Below, piece after piece: positions 1 through 13,200 of a stretch of 64,000 nucleotides of DNA. The notes under the pieces are model-generated. The model ran no database searches and was not told the DNA's origin. It was given only the letters and a program-made list of their open reading frames with translations. A program made the translations under genes and the position numbers. The stretch is taken from the NCBI GenBank assembly GCA_013265495.1, contig MU058824.1, positions 434,001 through 498,000 of the forward strand, given 5' to 3'. How positions within the stretch are numbered: the stretch's first letter is position 1; each line of letters begins with the position of its first letter. The stretch comes from Vicugna vicugna. Lineage: Eukaryota.

Positions 1-523
1 GTGATTTGCTGTAGTTACTGATTATAATTGCTGAGAGTGTTGAGAAACTTAGGTTAAACTCACTTAAAATCCTGCCTCTTGGATTATGCTTGTCCCAGTG
101 GTGCTTTCTCTATGAAAATCCTCATGGTTTTCTGTACACATGACAGATTCCTCCAGCTTGGACTAGTGTGCTTGCAGTGGGGTTTCCTCCTGAGTGCTGC
201 CATTACCCTTGAACTTAACGCTCTCATGGCACCAAACCCATGGCACTTGGTGGTTCTGCTTCATTGGGTCTTAGTTGTCTCACCAATTGCAATGTCACTT
301 CTTCAAAGGTGGGAACTACTTTCTTTTCTTTGTTTTTAATGCTCCCTTTTAAGTGGAGACCAAAGAACTCTAATCTCTGAATTTCAAACATCTGATAGTT
401 TCTGGGAGACAAAGATTCCTCATTGAAAGCTTCTTGCATAGAGTTATTGGTAAGTTGGCCTGAATACAGAACACTCCCATTCTGCAAATTTCCTGTCCTT
501 TACACTTCACCTAACAGATAGAA

Positions 524-546
524 TGTGTGTGTGTGTGTGTGTGTGT
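524..546. repeat. (TG)n microsatellite
   Basis: About 11 TG units read directly. Confidence 0.9.
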
Positions 547-1492
547 ACGTACTACTTTAAATTTTGCAGTTGAGGAAATGGAAATCGTGTCATACAGCTT
601 AATGTCTAGTCACCACAGGCTTAGAATCCAGATCTCCTGACCAGATTCCTTCACAGACTTGCTTGTTTTCTATTCAATTCAACAAACATTTTGGGGATTT
701 TCTGGTAAAGCCCTGTGCTAGGCAGAAATGGCTAACAGCAGAGCATTTCCAAATCTTCTGAGCCACACCCCACATTTCTTTCTGCTGAGGTTCCCAACTG
801 GATAGGATGAAGGGGGCAGTAGAAGTTGTCAGTACAAGCGTGGACTGCATTTCCACACTGCTTTCTGGATCTTTCCTCCCACCTTTCACTGGCAGAGAAC
901 AGGATGTTTTTGGTGTGGGCTTTTATTCAAATCTTTCTATTCTTTATGTATTTAATTAGATATTACAGTGCAGACAGTAGCCCCTACTTTCACTGAATTT
1001 GGGCTAGAAAAATCTGAAATTATGCTCTCAAGCTTGCAGTCATTGGGAAGAAAAAGTAACTATTCTTGAACCATAAATATCATTTATTCTCCTTCTAAAC
1101 ATTAACATTAGCAGGGGACATCTGAGATAAATATGATACTGTTTCTAGTAATCAGGTTCTCTAATCATAGTTAAGATTTTTTTGATCTACCAGAGAGATG
1201 TACAGAATTAGTTTTTTATTAATGAAACTTATATCTGAGACATTGTGTATTCTCCCTAAATATTTTTTTCTCTGTTAATTGTTCACTTTTTAAAAGTGGC
1301 ATTATGAAATCCTTATTGATGCTTTGTTCATATTTTCCACTCTCTTCTTTAGAGCTGGTATGACAGACTGTACTTTGGGTAACCCCTTACATGCTGGTTG
1401 AATTGTGGAGATTTTGGACTAGAAGGACTTTAAGAGTCCTGTGATCTGGAGATAAATGCCTGTTAGGCAGATAGTTCTTTGGTCGGATTTAC

Positions 1493-1720
1493 TTTTTTTT
1501 TTTAAAGAGGTTGATTGAAATATAATTGACATATAATAAACTGCACAAGCTTGAATTATACAATTTAATGTTTTGACACATGTATGAACCTGTGAAACCA
1601 TTATCACAGTCAAGATATCAACATATCTGTCATCCCCAAAATTTTGCTTGTGCTCCTTTGTGGTCCCTCGCTCCCCTCATCAATCCTCAGGGGACCATGG
1701 GACTGCTTTCTGTTAAAATG
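1493..1720 (-). mobile_element. Old L1 (L1MA/L1MB-like) 3'-end fragment
   Basis: poly(T) followed by ttgaaatataattgacatataataaactgcac...aaaccattatcacagtcaagata, typical of an L1M 3'UTR. Confidence 0.7.
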
Positions 1721-1761
1721 TAATTACATATATGTGGTATTATTGTTTCTGTTATTACCGT

Positions 1762-1965
1762 TTCTTTTTTTCTTTTTTTTTTTAATTGAAGTATAGTCAG
1801 TTTCCAATGTTGTGTTAGTTTCTGGTGTGCAGCCTAGTGATTCAGTTACACACATATATATATGTATTCCTTTTCATATTCTTTTTTGTTATCTGTTATT
1901 GTAAGATGTTGAATGTAGTTCCCTGTGCTATGCAGTAGGACCTTGTTGTTTATCTGTTTTTTATA
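1762..1965 (-). mobile_element. Lineage L1 3'-end fragment (cetartiodactyl/camelid-type)
   Basis: poly(T)-aattgaagtatagtcagttt...ccctgtgctatgcagtaggaccttgttgtttatct; homologous to the element at 4571. Confidence 0.8.
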
Positions 1966-4432
1966 TTGTTATTGTTGTTTCTATACTGTGTGGCCCAACC
2001 CTCTACTAAGGTAGAATCCTTACTAAGAATGCTTACTAAGTCATATACCGTTGGGCAAGTTACTTTAAAAAAAATCACTGAACTTGATTCAGGATTCGCT
2101 ATTGAAAGTGTGTATGTGTGTGTGGTGAGAAAGAGAAACGTGGTAACCAAATGCAGGAAAATGTTAAGTCCAGGTGAGGGCGTACAGGTGCTCATTATAT
2201 TACTTCTCATCTTTTCTGTAGGTTTGAAAGTCTTCAAAATAAAAAGGCACTGAACCTGTAATTTGTCTTTGTTTAAGAAAAGAGCAGGGAGGAGGGCCTT
2301 GTTGCTTTAGAGTTTTTGTGAAAATATGTGTGGAAGAAGCTTGAAATCTGTACTGTACAGGTGTACTGTGATACTGTTGATTGTAATTTCTGTTTATTTT
2401 CACTATGATAGATGACCTTCAACATGATCATTGAATTTTAAAAGAATTTCCTTGAATGGACTTTTACGGCATTTTGAGGAATGCTTAGAGCCCTGGTTTT
2501 TTCTGTGGCTGTTTCGATTTTTTAGTGAAAACCCCCCGTGATGAGCAGGGATGGCAGTTGAAGCCATTTTGTTGGTCGTGAACTGCCTTCTCTCATACGT
2601 TGCCGTCTCCTGGACAGTAGCATCTCTGCCTTACCACCAGGTACTGTGGGAGGTAGATGTGCTCTTTGTGAATATTCTCTCATTACCGAGTAGAATTTCT
2701 GCCGGTAACACGAAGATAGCTTAATGTTCAGAAACAGAATAAATCCCATCAGTAGCTAAAAGAGGGAAAACCAGCCTATCCCATCAATAAGTGCAAAAGA
2801 CTTCATGTAACCCAACAGAGGTTCTTGGAAGAAGTTAATGTGGCAAAATGAATGAGCCTTCCTTTGTTGCATTGAATTTTTTAAATCTTTAAAGACTGTA
2901 TGTTGCTTCATAATATTTTGTAAGTTCAAATTGAGCTGAATTTAGTTGTGAAAACTGTCTATCTTGGCCACAAATCTTGATATTGTCTTGCATTTGGGAA
3001 TTTCTGCCAATGCAGTTTTTTTTCCTTTATCAGCCCTGATAAAGAATTGAGGATATGGTGAGACCATAAAGTGAAGAAACAAACAAAATAATTATATATC
3101 AATATAAAAACATAGTGGCAGTAATTTTCGTAAAACATTCCAAGTGAGTATTTTCAAAGGAGTCCTTGTGGGAGACAATGCAGGTACTCATTCCTTAGGA
3201 CGCAGTGGGAATTCTTTGGCAGTTGTCCTCCACGCCAGTTTACTAGTTGGTCAGGGAAACCCATCTCAGTACATAATTGTAGGGTTGCCGCCTGCGTTTC
3301 CTTCTGTCTCCTTCTTCCACCAGCCCCATCCCGTGGAGTGCCTTCTTCCCTTCCTTTATCTCACTTCTCTGTATGCCCTTCCTAGGACTGTCTTTGTTGA
3401 AAGGTTCTGGTAAGTGGGCTGAGAACTTGGAATTGGAGAAGAAAAGAGGCAAGAGTGGATATAATGGGCTAGTTTCACTCAGTTAGCCCTTGTGTTTCTG
3501 TATATGAGCGGGACGCACCTGCTTTGATCCCCCTGCCCTACTTACCCCCCCCCAAAAGAGTTGGGAACTGTAGGAAATAATTTTAAACTCAGGCTGATGC
3601 TGGAGTGACATCAGGAAGCTTCCGACTATTTAAGCTTAGATATAATTTTTGAAATTCCAGTGTAAAGCTTGTAGCTTGAATAATCCTCATCCAGTGGTAA
3701 AATGTAGTTTGCCTCCTAAGCCCCTAACTTCTCCATTTGTTGTATTTAATGTAGGGAACAGACAAAGTAGAAGAGAAGTAGAGGAAGAGAAAAAGGAAAA
3801 GGCAGTCAGGGTAGTTAAAGAAACAGAATCAAGAGACACATTGAGGAACAGCCTCTTCCCACCACCCAGAGGGCATTTATGTCCTGTGATGGCCCTGAGT
3901 CCCCACTCGTCCTGCAGAGGACCAGGTTGCATATTTGTCACAGATCTGACAGTTGCCCTTTTAGTTTCTCCCGTCTGGAGCACCCATAAAGGAATTGCTG
4001 CATCTCTGGTGAAGATACATTTATTGTTAGATTATTACAGAGGGTTTCTTTTATTCTGTTCTTAGGGAATCCAAACTTGCACATCTTTTTGGTACATTAC
4101 ATGTATTATACATTAAGAGTTTTAAGAATTTCATTTAAGATTTTAGTCTGTGGAAACAATTAGAAGTAGCAGCAGCAGTGGTAGTAATGCTAATAATAAT
4201 GATAAAATGTAGGCTCTGTAAGAGCAGGGACCTTGTTTTGTTTTGTTTTTTTTAACCCCTTTATCCTTAGCACTGGATTGGTACCAAATAATAGGTGTTC
4301 ATTTATAGTTGTTGACTAGATGGATGGATAAATAGTAACCAGCATTTATGAACTGTTAGTTTTGTAGGTACTATATTAAGTGCTTTAAATAGGTTATCTC
4401 ATTATCTCAACAATATGATAAAGTATTTTTTA

Positions 4433-5620
4433 CAGTATTGCATCAAATCTTACATCACTGGTTATAAGGCATACTTATCTATAACTGAAAAAAAACTGAG
4501 AAAAACTGCACTATAATGCAGTGCTTTCATATCACTTAGGGTCTTTATGTCTATCATAAGAACTATTTTATTTAATTTTATTTTAATTTTTTAATTGAAG
4601 TGTAGTTGATGTACAGTGTTAGTTTCAAGTATACAGCCAAGTGATTCAGTTATATATATATATATATTGCTAGATCACAGGGTAACTCTAATAATAATAT
4701 ATATATTATATAATATATATATATATATTCTTTTTCAGATTTTCCATTATAGGTTATTACAAGAAATTAAATATAGTTTATTGTGCTATACAGTAGGACC
4801 TTGTAGTTTATCTGTCTTACATATAGTAGTGTATATCTGTTAATCCCAAACTCCTAATTTATCCTCCCCCTGTCTTTCCCTCTTTGGTAACCATGAGTTT
4901 GTTTTTCCATGTCTGTGAGTCTATTTCTGTTTTATAAATAAATTCCTTTGTATTATTTATTTTAGATTCCACATATAAGTGATATCATGTATTTGTCTTT
5001 CTCTGACTGACTTCACTTAGTATGATAATCTCCATATCCATTTATGTTGCTGCAAATGGCATTCATTCTTTTTAATGGCTGAGTAGTATTCCTTTGTGTG
5101 TGTGTGTTTATATGTGTGGTATACACACACATACATATCACAGCTTCTTTATCCAATCATCTGTCGATGGACACTTAGGTTGCTTCCATGTCTTGACTAT
5201 TGTAAATACTGCTACTATGAACATTGGAATGCATGTATCTTTTTGAATTAGAGTTTTTGCTTTTTCCGGATATATGCACAGGAATGGGATTGCTAGATCA
5301 CAGGGTAACTCTAATAAGAACTATTTTAGAATCACTTAGATACAGATTTTTTTTTTGGTCATCATTAATCTGTGTACCTAAAAAGGGAAATAAATTTGTT
5401 CAAGTAATTCTGAAACAATTTCACATTCAGAATCTGACTTTTGTGCAATCACTTTCCAATTCTGAGTCACTGATTTTTGTGTTTTCCACACAATATCATC
5501 TCCTGTGCCAGTGAGAGTTTTGGTAAAACTCTTCATTAGAGAGTGTTACTCTACTCTTTCTAGGATTTTCTTCCAAGCTGCTGATACCCATTCTGCAAAT
5601 ATTGATGCTGGCACTTTACT
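4433..5620 (-). mobile_element. TcMar-Tc2 (Kanga-like) DNA transposon remnant, split by an L1
   Basis: TA then TIR-like cagtattgcatcaaatct at 4433; - strand ~5608-5485 encodes degenerate ASIFAEWVSAAWKKI...TGTGDDIVWK, resembling a pogo-type transposase C-terminus. Confidence 0.6.
4571..5313 (-). mobile_element. 5'-truncated L1 insertion with 15-bp target-site duplication
   Basis: TSD ataagaactatttta at 4556-4570 and 5314-5328; L1 3'UTR/ORF2-end sequence between. Confidence 0.9.
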
Positions 5621-6249
5621 ATTTAACTAAAACCTTAGAGTTAATTTTTTTCTCAATTGAAACATGTCACAGCTAGTTAAGTAACTTCACTCAAAGTCAG
5701 CAAGATATAACCAACATGTTAATAGTGGTTTTCCCCAGTGGTGGTTGGATTACAAATGGTTCTTGTTTTCTTTTTTGTAATTGTCTTTGTTTTTCACAAT
5801 TTCTGTACACACAGACACACACTTAAACTTACCTTTGGTTCAACTATGGATCATGATCTCATCATGATCTTATCTTATGCAGCCTCTTCCTTTGGGGAGA
5901 ATTCATCACTCTCCCAGGTGGTCCTGCTGCCTTAGATTGTATTACAAAGTCCCATCAATCTGCCCCTTGTGGGACTAGGTTCTCTGCTGACCTCCAGTGG
6001 CTAGAGGCTGTATGGCACGCAGCAAGAGGCATTCATTTGTTATTTACTGGTCAGTGCAGAACATTGTCTCCCTCTAGCATTTTTAGGAAAGTACTTTTCA
6101 ATTGTCCTTGAATTAGGCAGCACATGCTCCTAAATACCAGTTACTCTTACCTGTCTGCCTTCCAATGCAACTTGAACCTTCCATCTTAGAAACTGAGAAG
6201 TTTTTATATATGAGCTATACACAAATGAGGCATTAAGAATAGGAAAATA

Positions 6250-6460
6250 ATTATAAACAATTATTGTATTAATATCAAATTTGCTAAGAGACTGGATCTT
6301 AATTATTCCCACCACAAAAAAGAAATGATAATTATGTAAAGTGATACAAGTGCTAGCTGACACTACAGTGACATTCATATTGTAATATTGCTAAATGTAT
6401 TAAATCAACATGTTAAACTGATGCAATGTTATAAGTCAATTTTATTTCAGTAAAAAAAAA
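6250..6460 (+). mobile_element. L1MA/MB-like 3'-end fragment
   Basis: aaatttgctaagagactggatcttaa...ataattatgt...caattttatttcagtaaaaaaaaa. Confidence 0.7.
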
Positions 6461-7589
6461 GGGAAGAAGAAAATATACAGTGAGGATTTCATGAGCATAA
6501 AACAACTTGGATGAGCAGGTTTAGTCTGAATCCTGAGTAAGCTTCTAGGCTTTGTAATTTTTCTGTTCAGGGTCTTATTTCGTTGTGGGGTTTTTGATTT
6601 TGTGTGAATTTCCAGATTGTGGGGAGGCATGGTTTGGGAATGGGGAAGGGAACATAGGCAGCAGTGATCCTTATCCTAGAACCAGGAAAACCGTAAGACC
6701 TTCCTGTTGAAATTATCTGCCTCTTCTGTTACCAGTCGTGGATAATCATAACAGGGAGGGACATTGCAGAGACAAGAGCGGGAGGCAGTTTCCCCATTTG
6801 GAACCCTGCTGGGCTTTAGGCAAGTGGGATGGCAGGCAGAGCCCATCAAGGGAAAGTAAGTGACCACTGAAGCAAAAGTACGTGGTAATTTTCCAATCAG
6901 TGAGCTGTTAACCTTCTGAAATTTTTAATTCCTTTGACATCCATTTTAACATTTGATCCATCCTGTTAATAATAAAATCTCCATTTATTATACCTCTTAA
7001 GTCATTCTTTGTTATACTGTCAAAATGTCACATTGTAATTACTTAAAAATCACTTTTGACCAAAGCTTATGAAAAGTCACCTTTATGTCTGAGATTATTG
7101 GTCAATGTAATTTGAAGGTTTTTGCTTCTTAATAATTACAAGCCACCTCATGATACAGCATACCTGCTGCCTGATGTTGTTTGAGAATTAAGCAAGCAAA
7201 CATCTATTCCTCTAATAGTCTGTAAGTATTATCTAATCTTTTTCTATCCATAACTAGAATTTTAAGGCAACATAAAGGTAGTAATGTTTAAGTTGGTAAA
7301 CAGACTCTTGTTATTTCTGCCAGGACTATTGCAGTGGCTTCCTTACTAGTCTCCCTGCTTCTCTACCACTGCCAAGGGAATATTTTTAAAGCCTGCTCTG
7401 CTACTCAGTGACTGCTTATCACCTGTCTGGGTCCATCTCATACCCTTTCTATCAAATCCTTTAGGGATTAAAAAAATTCCTTGGCAAATTAGGCATCAGC
7501 TAGTCTAGTTTAGCCTTATTAACATTAAATGTGCACCTAAGTTGGACGTAGAAGGATATATTTTCCCTTAATAGGGCTTGATATTACTG

Positions 7590-10500
7590 ATTTTTAAAAA
7601 AAAATTAAAGTTTTTGTTATTTTGCCAATAGGATGGGCAAAAAGTGTTACCTGGTAGTTTTAATTTGTAACTTCTTGATTACAGCCAAGCATGTTTTGAC
7701 ATGTTCATTGGCTGTTTGTGTTCCGTTCATAAATTGACTGGTATCTTAGCCCATTTACCTTTTTGGTGCTCCTTTTGTTATTGTTCTTTACATAATCTGA
7801 ATATTAATAATTTGTCTCATGTCACTAGTACCTTTTTTCCAGTTTGTCTTAAAAATCATGGTGTTCTCCAACATCTAGTTGCTTCCTTGCCTCTGCAGCT
7901 TCAGAATCTGGCAAACGTCTTGGTTGCATGTCTGATGCTGATGCGGGCCCTTTGTATAATTAGTGTCTCCTAAGCACCACAAGGCCATGGGAGATTTTAC
8001 TCTGTCTTTCTAGCCCAGTCTCCAGCTTCCTGTGTCACCCCTCTACTCAGTAAATGTCCTCCGGGGACTTCCAGTGTATTTCAGGGCCCTTTCAGCCCAC
8101 CATTCCAGCCCAGGCGACTGTGAATAGCTTCACTGCATTCTCGTTCTCTCTGTCCAGAGGTGTAATCCTCAGCCCTAAATCTGCACAAATTGTGGATTTA
8201 ATGTCCAAGAGGAATATTGCATAGGAAACCTGTAGAAAAGGAAATGCCAGTACGTGAGCTTTTGCTTACTTACTTAGGAATGGCCCTTTCCTTTCTGGAA
8301 TATCAATTCATTTAGCCTTCATTGGTTTCATGGTCTCTGGTATCTTTAAAAATGTGACTTTAAAAAAATCAGTTTTTTTTCTACTTCCCCCAGAAGGAGC
8401 AATAGATTTCTGCTGCCTACTATGGAAGGCCTTTCGTAGATTCTCTTTTGAGTTTTCTGTGACCCCAATAAGATCATCTGTAAATAATGACATTTCTAAT
8501 TTCTTCTTTTCTGTTGTGTTTGTGTGTGTGTGTGTGCATATATATATATATTCTTTATTTCTTTTTCTTATTACTCTAAGAACTCCAGTACAGTGTTATC
8601 TTTACTTCTTTCTTGATCTCAGCAGGACAGCTTTTAGCGTTTGACTATCAAGTTGTTTGGCATTTGTTTATTGAGGTATCCTTCATCAGATTAAGGAAGT
8701 TCCCTTCTATTCCTAATTTGACAAAAATATTTAAGTGAGTAAATGTTGATTTTATCAGATGTGTTTCTGAGAAGTAGTAGAATCTTTCTCTTTTATTCTG
8801 TTAATGTTGTGAATTATATTGCTTTTCAAACATTAAACTGACGTGCTAGACTAGGTCCAGTTTGACTGTGATGTATTCTCTTTTGCATTTAATGCTAAAT
8901 TCAATTTAATACTTTCAAGTTTTGCGTCTTAAGTTCTTTTCTTATCATTTCCTTCTCAGATTTGGCAGAAAGATTATGTTGATCTCATAAAATTATTTGG
9001 GAAATGTCTCCTCTTTTTGTAGTCTCTAGAATGATGTAAATAGCATTATTGGCTTCTTAAATGTTTAGCAGAGCTTGCTGGTAAAGCTTTCTAGGAATGG
9101 AGCTTTCTTTGTGAGAAGGCGTGGATTATGGATTTAGTTTCCTTAATGATTTTAGGACCAGTTATATTTTCTACTGTTGGTTTAGTGAGTTGTGATATTA
9201 TGGGAATTCTTCCGTTCTGTCCTACTCTCCAAACTTATTGTCATAAAGTTATTGATAATATTCTCTTATTATCTGAGTTAATGACTTCTGCTGTATTCCT
9301 GAAATTGTGTTTTCTCTCTCTTTTTTTTTTCCCCTAGATTATTCTCTCTATGGGTTTATCAATTTTATTAGCCTTTGCAAAGAACCAGATTTTGGCCTTT
9401 TTGTTCTTTTGTATTGTATGTTTATTTCCCACTTTATTAATTTCTGCCTTTAACTTTTTTATTCACTTCTTCATTTTTAATTTGTTGTTCTTTTTATGAC
9501 TTTTTAAGATTAATGCATCTCTCTTTTTCAGCCTTTTCCCCCAAACATACCCATTTTAATGTTATAAATTTCATTCTAAGTATATGCTTTGACTGTATGC
9601 TGTAGGTTCTGATATGTATTTTCATTATCAGTTCAGAATATTTTCTAGTTTCCCGTTTATCTCTGTTTCATGGGCACATAGAAGTTACTTTATTCTCATT
9701 ATGAGTTGAATCATTTGAAAGTTGTTGAGACTTTTTTGTGATTCATCATGTGTTTGTTTTTTTGTATGATATATATACCTGCAAAGAATGTATATGTTGC
9801 AGTTTTGGGGTAGTGTCGCATATATGTGTCCAATCATTCAGGTGTCTTTGTTAATTTTAATTATTATTGTCAGTTGCAAAAAGAGGTGTATTAATAATCT
9901 CCCACCATGTTTGCAGATTTGTCTTTATAGTTCTGTCATTTTATACTTTATGTATTTTTAGGTTTTTGTTTGATGCATACAAATTCAGAATTGTTCCATC
10001 TGCCTGGGTAATGAACTTTTTGTTGTTATGAAGGATCCTTCTTGATTTCCAGCAATGCTTTTTGCCTTAATGTGTACATATTTACTGTTAATATAGCTAT
10101 ACAGGATATCTTTTGATTAATTTTGTATGGTACATTTTTTTCCCCATCCTTTTACTTTCAAGATTTTTGCATCCTTATGTTTAGGTGTATATTTTATAAA
10201 CAGTATACAGTTAGATTTTGTTTTCACCTTTGTCAAAAGTCACTTCCACATGTATAGGTGGGTCTGTTTCTGGACTCTGTTCTGTTGATCTATTTGTCTG
10301 TCCTTATGCCAGTATCACACTGTCTCGATTCCTATAGGTTTACAGTTAAGTGTTGAGGCCCACTAGTGTCTAAGCCTCTAATTTTGTTTATTGGGTGTAT
10401 TGGTCTGTACTTTTTTATGTCTTTGCCTGGTTTTGGTATGAGGGTAATGCTGGCCTCATAGAATGAGTTGAGAGGTAATCCACTCTCTTCAATTTTCAGG

Positions 10501-11180
10501 AAAAGTTTGTGGAAATGGAATTACTTTTTCCTTAAATACTTGGTAGAATTGGCCAATGAAACTCTCAGTGGAAAAACTTAGACATATATTTTTGAAAGAG
10601 AAAAACACATTGTGAGTTTTTGCTAGTAGTTTCACTTCAAATGAAATATTATAGGGTTTTTACTTAATTTCCTCAATTTTATATTTATATCTTTATTATT
10701 ATGCCAAAAATCTTGATTCTTAAAGGCATTAGCGTGATAACTCATTTGCTTTATCTATAATGTGTGTGTTTATTTCAAAATAACAATTACAGTATTAAAT
10801 TTTTTTAAATCTAATTTTGTTTTACTAGTAAGCATTTCCTTTGTCCCAAGTCAAAACTATAAAACCAAGTTATAGTCAGGCAGGTGTAAATTCCATTCCT
10901 GACCACTCTTTGTATTTCTTCCATTGGTGATGTTTTTTGGAGGCTGTAGGGGGTCATAGATACATATATATATTCCTACCTCTTTTCCAAGTTTCTTCTT
11001 TATACTTCTTTCACAGTCCTCTGCACCTGGCTGTTTTCACTGAACAGTGTATCTTGGAGATTGCTCCTTAGCAGCATAAGGAGATCTTTCCATTCCTTTT
11101 TACAACAGCCCATAGTACTTCATTGTTCAGGTGTACCGTACTTTATTTAACCATTCTCCTACTGATGGATATTTGGGGGA
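7590..11180 (-). mobile_element. Cluster of old, fragmented antisense L1M pieces
   Basis: T-rich antisense ORF2-like segments (ttaaggaagttcccttctattccta; agggtaatgctggcctcatagaatgagtt); 7850-8400 is possibly an L1 5'UTR. Confidence 0.7.
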
Positions 11181-12979
11181 AATAGTAACTTTTAAAAAGA
11201 CATTTTTCATATTCCAGACCCTAGCATTGTAACATTGGCTGATAAAACTAACCTAATTTTAACAGCATTTTTATTAAAAACATTTTCCTTTATACATTAC
11301 TGCAAAAATTCATTTTATAATGTGCTGCATTTCAGTGTGTAATGTGCTGGGACTGAATGAGTTCTTTTAGTTAGGAAGGTAAAGTTCCTTTTTATTATTT
11401 CTTTGGGCTGATTTTCTTGTAAGTAGGGTAAACCTAAGCCTTTGTGGCCTCTGCCTTATAACAAGTGCTTCTGTTTATCTTAAAAATCTTCTACTTGCTT
11501 ATAAAACCACTCTTAGTCCTCAGTTTGTAGTGCCAGTTTAATCTGATTAACTCTCTGCAGGTAAGAACCCACCATTTTACAACCCCTCAAAGGCATGTTT
11601 TCTCCTTAATCTGTCGAGTTGAAAAGGGTTTACAGCTTATGTATCCACTAGTGTTCTTCAAAAAGTACCAGCTCCCAGATCAAGCAGATAAATGCCAATA
11701 TTAAATACTTGTATATTAAAGTCTTGATATTATTTCAGATTTCTGTGATTTGCTGAATAAAGTATTCTCCTTCATCTCATTTATATATGCTCCATGGTTC
11801 TATTTGCTCATATTTGTCTTCTGTTTAAAGAATTTTAATAGTCAAGTATGATTTTCCCCTTTGTAAATCCTACATGGAGTTTAACAAAGTGTTCTGTGAT
11901 CTTAATTACATAATGTTTTCTCCAAACCCCCTTCTGAGAACCCATTATCCATCCTTAACTTCTAATACACCGTTTTATCATTCTTTGATTGCTTATCTTA
12001 GAACAAAATGCAACTTTGACTTATCAATATAGTCTAAGTACTTTTACCTCTTCCTAAACAGTGTAGAGATCTTAGAGTACTTAGAATCATTAGCCTTCTG
12101 CTTACCTCCTCTCCCCCAGTTTATATGTTGTTGTTGTTGTTATGTGTTTTAATTTGTGTCAAACCCCATAAGGCATAATTTTGCTGTGTTTTGTACAGTC
12201 AGTATTCATTTAGATTTTTAAAACCTCTTTACTGAGGTATAGTTGATATACAGTAAACTGTACATATCTAAAACATACAAATTTACAAGCTTTGACCTAT
12301 GTATGTAAGCACCCATGAAACTGTCAGCACACGTGTGTATGTACCCTCTGGTAAAGTTCCTACCTTCTAATCTCCTAGAATATTAAGATGGTCAACAGTT
12401 TATTGCAGTCCTGTTTATTTTGTTTTTGTTTTGCAACTACTAGAAATGGAGGTGGGCCTAGAGAATATTCATGGTTTTTTGTGCCATCATTTTAGAATTC
12501 TGCTCTCATTTTAGAACTCAGTTTTTTTTTAATCACCTGTTTCAAGCTACTTATGCTCTCTCAGGTCCCCTTTGCTCTGAAAATTTTATCATTCTTATCC
12601 ATGTGACTAACATGACATTTGATCTTTACCCGTGTCTAGAAACCATTGATTTCTCCTATTTGCTACCTCTTGGAAATAACAGCAGAAAAATTTGAAGGCT
12701 CTTCCGTTCTGATTAAGTCTGTATCTTACTAATTGTGATTCCTAAAAATGAGATCAGCACACATTTTGACTAAGTTTTTGAGACTATAAACACCAATTTT
12801 AATGATTTGTGTGAGAATATACCCATAGGTCATAATAAAGGGATTTTTTTTTTAGTGTATACTGCTGAGTTTTGCTCTTAATTGTATTAGCATACTCAAA
12901 ATTTGTGTATGTGGGATTATAAATTTTTCTACTAGCAGAGTATCTAATATTAGTTATCTGTATACTATTATATATCTAT

Positions 12980-13200
12980 AATAATACTTAGTAACATTTA
13001 TTAAGTGTTTACTCTGTCATGCATTTGTATTATCTCATTTAGTCTTTAAAACAGCTCTATGTGGTAGAAATTATTATCCTCACATAACGGATAAGAAACT
13101 AAGGCATGGAAACTTGAGGTACATACAAGTCCACACAGCCAGTAAATAGCTGTGGGGTTTAAACCAGGCCGTGTATGTTAGGAGCCTGGACTCTTAAGCA
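12980..13200 (-). mobile_element. MIR SINE
   Basis: tattatctcatttagtctt...gataagaaactaaggcatgga...cacacagccagtaaat; MIR core-like. Confidence 0.7.

Noticed and set aside
2538..2544. Box C motif GTGATGA suggesting an intronic C/D snoRNA
   Set aside because: No box D (CTGA) with a terminal stem at a suitable distance.
5985..6002. CTCF-like tgacctccagtggc
   Set aside because: Mismatches at core positions; cannot be supported without a PWM scan or ChIP data.
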